NCBI GenBank assembly: GCA_051313645.2
Contig: JBNRSN020000002.1
Span: forward strand, 304,544,001-304,608,000
DNA from: Centroscyllium fabricii
Lineage: Eukaryota
DNA: 64,000 bases
Reading direction: 5' to 3'
The translations under genes and the position numbers were made by a program. Position 1 is the first letter of the stretch. Every line of letters begins with the position of its first letter. Under the pieces are notes generated by a model that made no database searches, was not told where the DNA came from, and saw only the letters and a program-made list of their open reading frames with translations. Shown here piece after piece: positions 45,754-54,274 of this stretch.

Positions 45754-45890
45754 TGTAGTGATAGTTACCCTCTGCCCAGTAGGGGACAATAGAGGGTTAA
45801 CAGGAAGAGCGAGAGATTAAACAAGGCCTCGAGCAATGGCTGAACACACACACCACCCTGAGTCTGTCTCAATGTGTTGAACACTCTGCA
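45754..45890 (+). repeat. 3' LTR of element C
   Basis: Direct repeat of 41219-41355, followed by the ATATT TSD. Confidence 0.97.
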
Positions 45891-46099
45891 ATATTGCTTT
45901 TATTTCTTGTTTAATTTGAATTTACCTTCATATTAATTTTGTTTCATAAAGCAATTTACAAATTATCCTATGGGTACCAGAGACATCTTTAAATGTCTAT
46001 TTAAGTATACCGGACACTTGTATTTACATTTTAATTTATATTTACATATATTAATTTAGAGTGCAGATGCTAATTCATAATCAAATAATTATCTTGTCA

Positions 46100-46197
46100 T
46101 AAAAACAGAAAATGCTGGAATGCTCAGCAGGTCAGGCAGCATCTGTGGAGAGAGAAACCGAGTTAACGTTTCAGGTCAATGACCCTTCATCAGAACT
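46100..46197 (-). mobile_element. Penelope-like element terminal fragment containing a minimal hammerhead ribozyme motif
   Basis: The minus strand reads AGTT-CTGATGA-A-GGGTC-ATT-GACCT-GAAA-CGTT-AACT, followed by CTCTCCACAGATGCTGCCTGACCTGCTGAG...CCAGCATTTTCTGTTTT. Confidence 0.75.
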
Positions 46198-47499
46198 CTT
46201 GTCATATGGAGTAATCATTTGTTTGCAAACTAAATACCTAAAAAATTGTTTCAGAACATACAAGATCTGATTACAAGGGTGCTTCTTTCAGGCATAACTT
46301 TAATTGCATTGAGCAATTTAAAAAATATATATAACACTGCTATTTTCAATGCTTTGTTCATTATTTTTGCTCCTCTATTCTTTTCTTTGACTTACCTCCC
46401 CTTCCGTTATATATCACCTTTCCTGAGCTGGTGACTCTTTGGTACATTTCTTAATGCAATGGCTGCTCCAAGTACCTCACTTAAGCAACCATTAGAGTTG
46501 GACGATCGGAGAGTTAGAGCTGCCGGCCTGATTGATTGCGTGGGGCATCAGAGTAAGCCTGACACTGTCTTCACATGAGGGGAGTAGGTGGAGCAAGTGC
46601 TGTCCCAATGTTAATGTTAATGTTGGGGTACAATGCACCCCCCCAGTCTGAGCTAATTACCTCTGATCTGAAATAGCTTACTGCTGGAACTTGCCAGCTT
46701 GTCCATTTTACATTGCAGTTAAGTCAACAGATTCAAATTCACCATACTCCAGTAGGTAGTTGCCTATTCTTCACTGAGCTGCTCAAGAGTGAGGGAAGTT
46801 TGAATCTGTTGGATTTTAATTGTAAATATGAAAAACTGGGTCCCCAATAAGCAGTAACGAGTCTGCTGCAATTTATATGATAAGGGCACTTAACACTTCT
46901 TTTCTGAAGAAACAGGAAAATATTGCCAGATGTCTAAGTTTTACATTTTCATCTCCTTTTACCTTTTGTGTTAGAGTTGGCACAGCTAATGAATCCATTG
47001 TCATGAATTCTGCATTCTGATTCATACCCTGTTAGCCCATTATACACTGCACAGTAGCATTTCTACTTCTAAATAAGTCAGAGTACACAAAGGACCACAT
47101 CATGCAATAGGATAAATGTTGTGCAACATAAAGCTACAGTGCTCTAAGAACTGGTCTGTTTTTAATAAGTTGGTGTGAACATTCAACCACATTTGACTCA
47201 ACAACAGGGGTTGGGCATCAAACTGATTCTGAACCAGCTTGCTTTCTTCCTTCTTAAATGCAGATCCCACTTCTGGAGTGACACAATGGGGATTCTAGGA
47301 GGTTGTCAGACATCTGCAGGGGCTGTGTGTTTACAGTTCCCATGGAAACACTCCACTGTGACATCACAGTGGCGTGCAATCAATGGGAAAGGCCAAGTGC
47401 TCTGAGCGACAGGTAGGCAGGCAGGCTGCAAATCGTTGACAGCTAGGGGCCGGCTGTCAATGGAGCTGTCAATAGAGCTGGCAAGGTAAGATTTCTAAG

Positions 47500-47824
47500 T
47501 TTTTCCCCACAGCTGGTCTTCACCCAAGGGAGTGACTTACACCTCCAGGGTGTTGAAGGTTTGTGGCGGGGTTTGTGTGGGAAGGGAAAATTGCTAAGGC
47601 CCATAAAATGGCATTCTAGATGCCAATTAAGGGCCCTTAATGAGCTTAACAACCATCCCTGCCGGCCACCGGCAGGAAAGATTCGGGGCAGGGCGACAGG
47701 GCAGCGGAAAATGGAAAAGCGGCGGGAATCTGGCGTGGGTAGGGGTCGGGACCCACCGGTTCCGCTATTTTGCCGTCCGACCCGCCCAAAACCCCACCTC
47801 ACGGGGACATGAAAATTTTGCCCA
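47500..47824. repeat. Partial GC-rich MITE-like repeat
   Basis: A GC-rich island ending in GAAAATTTTGCCCA, similar to the termini of the element at 54845-55536. The left end is not defined. Confidence 0.35.
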
Positions 47825-49229
47825 ATGTACCACTCTGCAGACATTTCAATTATTATGCTGTATTCCTGTCATGGTAAGTGATGGACACATGGCTATCAAC
47901 TACATCTAAAATCACAGTAAAAAATTAAGAATACCAGTCAACTGGTAATTTCTCCATTTCCCGATTGTCTAATGGGGAATGTGATTTCTGGTAATCTAAT
48001 AAGAGGGACATCTGTCTGATTCATGGTAGTCTATTGGTAAGGAAATAGCTGACCTAATGGTAGTAAAATATCAATTTGATTGCTATTAGCGTGGCAACAG
48101 ACTGATAAGCAGCCTCATAGGATTTTCTATGACACATAAAAAGTATTATTTTGTTAAAGCACAGCACAAACATCGGAATAGCTCCCCTTTCTTCATCGCA
48201 CATCGAGAGCATGGGGTTCTATACTGTTTTGCATAAAGAAGAAGTTAACTAATTAACCCAAATGGAGTGTTGCCAGGATAAATCTGATACATAACCTGAA
48301 CTCTCAGCACATTCTGACACTTTGAATACTTCAGTACTTTAGTGACAGATCAATACATTCAAATTCCTTGAAATCTCTTTCTAAAAACTAAATTCTCAAC
48401 CTTCCCATCGGAAGCATTTCCTGAAGAGCGACAAGGAACTCCCCACAGGTCTGTAAGCAGACTGCCACAATCCAAAATGGCTTCAGAACAACAAGGGGAA
48501 CATCAGGAATGGTGTTCTTGGCCAGATAGTGCCACATAGTTTGCATTTATGTAATATTAATTGGAAATATTACATTTAAAAAGCCATATTCATCAGGTTT
48601 GAAGATATCTTTATCATTGCCTGAGAGATACTGTGAAAAATGGCCAATTATTGTGGTTGCTGTATATGTAGAATAAGACTTTATATATGGCATGTAGGTA
48701 TTTATATTGAATGGAAATAGATGCTTCTTTGTAATGTTGATGATGTAGGCAAGGATGATGGATGTTATTACATTTCAACATCGATATTGTGTCCCAGACA
48801 ATACACACTCTTCCGCTCTAACCCATGACAGCTCTTCTAGCACTTGCTAGCAAACATCTGAAGGCAAAGCTGTCTAAGCCTTCTGCTCTACTGCTGCTGT
48901 CGAACTGGTCTTTGCTCCAATTAATGTTGTTAAACTGCTATGGGCCTGCTAGACTGGACTGAGCGGATAGTCTCTACTCCCAATAAATTACAAGAATACC
49001 AGATGGACAGTAAATATTACCAAGTGTGCCGATCTCTCTCCAGAAACTAGACCATTGAATTAATTCAACAAGGGACCATATGACCCTTGAATGGCATTAT
49101 CCATCAAATATATGCCTTTGTAACCTATAAATTTGGGTTCACAAGATAAATTGATTATAGAGCATATAGGGAAATTACATTAATACCCAAATGTTATATC
49201 TACAGGGGGATTCTGTTTCATTCCGTATA

Positions 49230-49623
49230 GGGCGGCACGGTGGCATAGTGGTTAGCACTGTTGCCTTACAGCACTAGAGACCCGGGTTCAAATCCAGCCT
49301 CGGATACTATCTGTGTGGAGTTTGCACATTCTCCCTGTGTCTGCGTGGGTTTCCTCCGGGTGCTCCGGTTTCCTCCCACAGTCCAAAGATGTGCGGGTTA
49401 GGTTGATTGGCCAGGATAAAATGACCCTTAGTGTTAGGGGGATTGAATATGTGGGGTTACGGGGATAGGGTGGGATATGTGTCAGTGCAGGCTCGATAGG
49501 GATATGGGGAGAGGGTAGGAGGGGGTTTGGATGATCAGCCATGATCTCATTGAATGGCAGAGCAGGCTCGAAGGGCCAAATGGCCTACTCCAGCTCCTAT
49601 CTTCTATGTTTCTATGTTTCTAT
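49230..49623 (+). mobile_element. HE1-like V-SINE (tRNA head, V domain, CR1-derived tail)
   Basis: A box (TGGCATAGTGG), B box (GGTTCAAATCC), V domain (GTGTGGAGTTTGCACATTCTCCC...GCGTGGGTTTCCTCCGGGTGCTCCGGTTTCCTCCCACAGTCCAAAGA) and tail (GGCTCGAAGGGCCAAATGGCCTACTCC followed by TTTCTATG repeats). A second copy starts at 53774. Confidence 0.92.
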
Positions 49624-50152
49624 TCTTAATTTCTCAGTAGCTAGCTTTGGCCTAGGATAGAACAAAAAATGGACTCTAATATAATTCCTTCCCACAGCTC
49701 CTGATAACTAGATTCTTTACATAATATAAAGACAACTTTAAATCTCGACAACTTGAAAAATCTGAAGAAACTTCACAAGAAGAGTAGTCTATTTACAGCA
49801 TTGTTCAGATAATAATGGTGAGTCCTTTCTCTAGGTAGGTACATTTAGGCAGTTAAAGGTTTTAGGGACTCTTTTCTGTTTTGTGCTATACACTTTTGGA
49901 ATGTAGATAACCTTCTTTCTAATTTGATTGCTTCTTATAATTGCTCTTGTTAACTTCGCAATTTTGCAACTTTCCTGATGAATGTGCCCTGAGCTTCAAG
50001 GAATTCAGAATTTTCCCCATAAACCTCAGAACCCTCCTTTAGGGATGGAGTTCCTTTCTCAAGCATTGTTTTAAACTCCAGCTGTTCGCCTTCCTGGCTG
50101 CATGTTTATTTATATGGATCTGCTTGCCTTATGCCCTAGTTTCACTGGAGGC

Positions 50153-50422
50153 TAAGAATGCCAAGTATCCCAAGAATCGTCAAGAATCGAAAATCTTGGC
50201 GATTCTTGGGGATTCTGCAAGAAATGCGAAAAATCTTGGTGGATTCTTGGCGATTCTTGGTGAATTCTTGGCGATTCTGGACAAGGTTACGAATCTATCA
50301 CGAATTATTTTACGAATGAGGTACGAATCACTCACGAATCCACCACGAATTGCAAGAATTAATTAAGAATCCACTACGAACTCCACGAATTAGTTACGAA
50401 TTCTAAGAATCATCTAAGAATT
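50153..50422. repeat. Left subterminal repeats of the Harbinger (A[A/C]GAAT motif, both orientations)
   Basis: Many CAAGAAT, GATTCTTGG and (C/T)ACGAAT copies at roughly 11-bp spacing. Confidence 0.85.
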
Positions 50423-50512
50423 GATTTTGATAGTTGGCATTTCTGTTGATATTCCGGCATATTCCAGCATTTAAAAAAACCCTGAACCCCTGCTGAACCT
50501 GTCATTTGTACA

Positions 50513-51799
50513 ATGGGTGTTCGATGGAAAGCATGTGTGGCTCTGGCTGCAGAGTTGGAGCACTATCACGTCCTGCTGTTCTTGGAACCCCCAAGAAGAC
50601 AGAGAAGACGCAAGCACTGGTGGGTTCGACCATGGATGACACCGGCTAGAAGGCTAGAGTTTGGGCACTACCACAGACTGCTGCAGGAACTGAGGCTGGA
50701 AGATCAGAACTCCTTCGTCAACTATGTGAGAATGCCACAGCAGATGTTCGATGAGCTCCTCCAAAGGATCACCCCTTTCATCCAGAGGCAGCACACCCGG
50801 CTGAGACCACCCCTAGAAGCTGGACTGAAGCTGGCCCTCACCCTCAGACACCTGGCTACAGGAGACGGGTACCCGACCCTCCACTTCAACTTCAGATGTG
50901 GCAGGAGCACCGTGGGAGTGATCATCAAGGAGGTATGCAATGCCATCATTCAAGCACTAAAGGACGAGGTCATGCCACTGCCCCAGACCCAGGAGGACTG
51001 GAAAGCCATTGCCCACCAGTTCCAATACCGGTGGAATGTTCCTCATGCCCTGGGGGCCTTGGATGGCAAACACATAGCCCTCAAGAAACCACCCAAGTCT
51101 GGCAGTGTGTACTACAATTACAAGGGCTTCTTCTCCGTGGTTCTGTTGGGCTTGGTGGATGCAGATTATAAGTTTATCTGGATTGACACTGGTGGACAAG
51201 GTCATCAATCTGATGGACAGATATTTGGGGCCTCACAACTGAGGGAATGCATAGAAGACCAAACCATCCACTTCCCTGACGCTGACCCTCTGCCTAATGA
51301 TGACAGAGACATGCCCTACTTTATCCTGGGAGACGAAGCTTTTGGCCTCAGAACTTTCCTCATCAAACCCTACTCCAGGAGGGGTCTCAGTGATGAGATG
51401 ATGGTGGCCAACTACCGAATCTCAAGGGGCAGACGCGTGGTGGAGAATGCCTTTGGAATAATGGCCAACAGATGGAGATGCTTCCTTGGAACCCTGGAAC
51501 AACATCCAGAAATGGTGTGCACCATGGTGGAAACAGCTGTCCTGCTTCACAACCTCATGAGGATCAGGTTCCCCGCAATTGGAAACACAGAGGTGGACCA
51601 CGAGGATGACAACCACAGCATCATCCCTGGAGCCTGGAGGGACGGCATGCAGATGCATGCGGTTACACACCCCTCTGCACGTAACATAGACCACCAGATG
51701 GGCAAGATCCAGAGGGACTACCTCACAGCATACTTCAACAGTGCTGCTGGATCTGTTCCGTGGCAGGACAGAATGGCAGGACTGAGCAAGCGTGTGTGA
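50513..51799 (+). CDS. PIF/Harbinger DDE transposase (HARBI1-like family), 428 aa, uninterrupted
   Basis: Contains WWVRPW, an HTH region (LALTLRHLATGDGY), the catalytic motifs ALDGKH, LGDEAF and VVENAFG, and also YYNYKGFFS and LLHN. Confidence 0.95.
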   Translation: MGVRWKACVALAAELEHYHVLLFLEPPRRQRRRKHWWVRPWMTPARRLEFGHYHRLLQELRLEDQNSFVNYVRMPQQMFDELLQRITPFIQRQHTRLRPPLEAGLKLALTLRHLATGDGYPTLHFNFRCGRSTVGVIIKEVCNAIIQALKDEVMPLPQTQEDWKAIAHQFQYRWNVPHALGALDGKHIALKKPPKSGSVYYNYKGFFSVVLLGLVDADYKFIWIDTGGQGHQSDGQIFGASQLRECIEDQTIHFPDADPLPNDDRDMPYFILGDEAFGLRTFLIKPYSRRGLSDEMMVANYRISRGRRVVENAFGIMANRWRCFLGTLEQHPEMVCTMVETAVLLHNLMRIRFPAIGNTEVDHEDDNHSIIPGAWRDGMQMHAVTHPSARNIDHQMGKIQRDYLTAYFNSAAGSVPWQDRMAGLSKRV

Positions 51800-51958
51800 A
51801 TTTCAGTGATTTGACATTACCAGTGATGTTGTTTAATTTGATGATAAATGGATAAAAATGGTTAATAGACTGAGGTGTTAAACTATGCTAATTTGCCTAT
51901 GTATAAGTTCAGATTTCTCCTCTCCCCCATGTGTGATGTTTGACTTCAGTCTGTCTGT

Positions 51959-51998
51959 GTTACCTGACGAAGGGGCAGAAGCTCCGAAAGCTTGTGAT
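51959..51998 (+). ncRNA. Putative minimal type I hammerhead ribozyme (Penelope-type) inside the Harbinger
   Basis: GTTAC-CTGACGA-A-GGGGC-AGAA-GCTCC-GAAA-GCTT-GTGAT. It has the conserved CUGANGA and GAAA boxes, a 5-bp stem II, a palindromic AAGCTT stem III and a stem I (GUUAC/GUGAU). Confidence 0.72.
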
Positions 51999-52077
51999 TT
52001 TAAATAAAACCGTTGGACTAAGAAACTGGTGTTGTGTGACTTCTTTGATAAATTGAGACAAATTGCGCTAAATCTCT

Positions 52078-52515
52078 GATTCGTGACGATTCGTAGTGCA
52101 TTCGTAGTGCATTCGTAGTACATTCGTGGACAATCGTGGTGCATTCGTGGTGCATTCGTGGTGCATTCCTGATTTTGAAAAAATCAAGAATGCCCAAGAA
52201 TAGTCAAGAATGCACCACGAATTCACTACGAATCAGTTACGAACGGTAAGAAAGGGTCACGAACGGTAAGAATGGGTCACGAATTGTTTACGAATCTATC
52301 ACGAATTGGAAAATCGGGAACCCTCCTACGAAATTTTTTGACAAACAAAAACTTTCTTTAAAACTAAAAGAACTCCCGCGAACTACCGCGAACTCTACGA
52401 TTCCGCTACGAATCCACTACGAATCCACTACGAATCTACTACGAATCCACTACGAATTGCAAGAATGACCCACGAATCGGCCAAATTTCACAATCGGCAC
52501 GATTCGGGAATTCGT
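52078..52515. repeat. Right subterminal repeats of the Harbinger
   Basis: 11-bp tandems GCATTCGTRGT (about 52098-52168) and CCACTACGAAT (about 52414-52457), plus a short duplication of CGAACGGTAAGAA.GGGTCA. Confidence 0.85.
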
Positions 52516-52733
52516 AGCCTCCAGTGAAACTAGGGCATTAGGGGTATACCTTCAGTGGTCTGCTTTCATGTGGAGTTTCACTAACATGAGCAGATCGGAG
52601 AATTGGGTGCAGAGGTCAGCACGCCTGATTCCCGGTGCTCCTCATTTTTTGAGCCTACAAAAAAAAGTAAGTTCAAAGAAAGTTCCAGTGATAGGCCACA
52701 TGCCAACTGACTCAAAAGTTGGTATTAACATTA

Positions 52734-53684
52734 TGGGGGTAATTTTGACTTACATTTGACTTAATTTTGAAGTCAATGGGTGAAAAATTCATCAGCGCAC
52801 AAATTGGGCGCTAAATTTGGTGCTGTGCAAAAATTTAGCGACGCCGTTAAATTAGCGGCGACAGTTACGAAATTGCCGTTAGCGGCGGCCTTGAAGATTT
52901 CGGCGCAAATTCCCGCCTTGCACGAGAGTCAGATGGCTAATATCCCGGCGTTAATGGCCGTTCCCGGGCGCAACGCTCCCTGACTAGTTGCTTGCTTCCC
53001 CTTCGTCTCTGCAGCCGATGAGGCATTAAAGGGGGAGCAGCAGCTGTTCTCCGTGCTGTCTGAGCAGTTGCATCTTGGAGAGAGCGGGCAGGGGGTCCGG
53101 ATCTCTGATCATTTGGGCCTCGGAGAGAGCAGGGAGGGGGGCCGGATCTCTGATCATTTGCACCTTGGTAGGTCGCCGCGACCCACCAAGACGCAAATGA
53201 TCAGAGAGCGGCCCCCCCTCCCCGCTTTCTCATCAATTGGCCGCTCAGGCTGGCTCCCCCCATCAGCTGGCCGCACTCGGGCCGAAGAGGGAGGGTGGCC
53301 CTTTTAGCAGCACTGAAGCGGCCACTCAAAGCCGCTGCAGCACTTGCAAAAGCTGTCGCTAATAGCGCGGGTGGCGCTGCAAAGGCGCTAAGGCCAATAA
53401 CGGGCGCAGCCCGCCGGCGGCTGTTGCACACGCGTTGCCATGACGACTGTTGATCGTCAGGTGGCGCAGCGCTAGCGTTTAGCGCCAGCGCTAACCACCA
53501 TGCCAATTTATCGCCCTGCGCTAATTTGGGCGCTATGTCGGCGCTGCCCCATTCACGCCAATTTTTGGCGCTAAAGACCCGGTCGCGCCAATTTTTCGGC
53601 CAATGAAAATCGGGAGATGTAAAACAGGCTGCCGATTTCCTGTCACCCACTTTACATCATTGCACAACATTAAACTTACCCCCA
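52734..53684. mobile_element. MITE-like non-autonomous DNA element with an internal long hairpin
   Basis: Inverted ends (TGGGGGTAATTTT / AAACTTACCCCCA) flanked by TA on both sides, with a CpG-rich non-coding interior. Confidence 0.7.
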
Positions 53685-53773
53685 TAGTGGTAATCCTGCA
53701 GCCCAAATGGTCCCACTGAAAATGGTGGTGGGATAACAAGAGTTGAAATAAAATTCCAAAGGTGTGGACCAAA

Positions 53774-54178
53774 GGGCGGCATGGTGGCACAGTGGTTAGC
53801 ACTGTTGCCTCACAGCTCTGGAGACCCGGGTTCAAATCCAGCCTCGGGTGACTATCTGTGTGGAGTTTGCACATTCTCCCCATGTCTGCGTGGGTTTCCT
53901 CCGGGTGCTCCGGTTTCCTCCCACAGTCCAAAGATGTGCGCGTTAGGTTGATTGGCCATGATAAATTGACCCTTAGTGTTAGGGGGGATTAAATATGTGG
54001 GGTTACGGGGATAGGGTGGGATATGTGTTGGTGCAGGCTTGATAGGGATGTGGGGGGAGGGCAGGGGCGGGGTGCTGGGTTTGGATGATCAGCCATGATC
54101 TCATTGAATGGCGGAGCAGGCTCGAAGGGCCGAATGGCCTACTCCTGCTCCTAGTTTCTATGTTTCTATGTTTCTATG
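53774..54178 (+). mobile_element. HE1-like V-SINE, second copy
   Basis: Colinear with and highly similar to 49230-49623; ends in three TTTCTATG repeats. Confidence 0.92.
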
Positions 54179-54274
54179 ACTCACAAAAGCAGCCCTACTA
54201 GGCTGTATGTGTTTCTTCATTGGCAAAATATTTACAGGACAAAGAAAGTTTGGGGACTTCCTTTTGTTTAAAGT

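Larger units (their letters stand above)
41219..45890 (+). mobile_element. Complete but decayed Ty3/Gypsy LTR retrotransposon (Mag-like), element C
   Basis: Two 137-bp LTRs, a 5-bp TSD (ATATT at 41214-41218 and 45891-45895), a PBS, a polypurine tract (AGAAAGGGAGA, 45743-45753) and gag-PR-RT-RH-INT domain order. Confidence 0.97.
50132..52537 (+). mobile_element. PIF/Harbinger DNA transposon, 2406 bp
   Basis: 28-bp terminal inverted repeats (TIRs), TGCCCTAGTTTCACTGGAGGCTA(A/C)GAAT, with one mismatch. A 3-bp TSD (TTA) lies at 50129-50131 and 52538-52540. Subterminal repeats and a transposase ORF are present. Confidence 0.96.

Noticed and set aside
47264-47412. Possible + strand exon (pyrimidine tract, CAG acceptor, AG/GTAGGC donor)
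   Set aside because: All three frames contain stops and no protein similarity is recognisable.
49230-49300. tRNA genes here, at 53774 and at about 3930-4000
   Set aside because: The A and B boxes belong to SINE heads that continue into V or Deu domains and LINE-derived tails; there is no complete cloverleaf.
50513-51799. Domesticated host gene HARBI1
   Set aside because: The ORF is intronless and enclosed by TIRs, subterminal repeats and a TTA TSD, so it belongs to a transposon.
49700-52654. Possible minus-strand host exon split by the Harbinger (acceptor-like TTTTTTTTGTAG at about 52655-52666)
   Set aside because: After removing the transposon, every frame still has several stops and I recognise no protein. 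A translated homology search would be needed to support a pseudo-exon.
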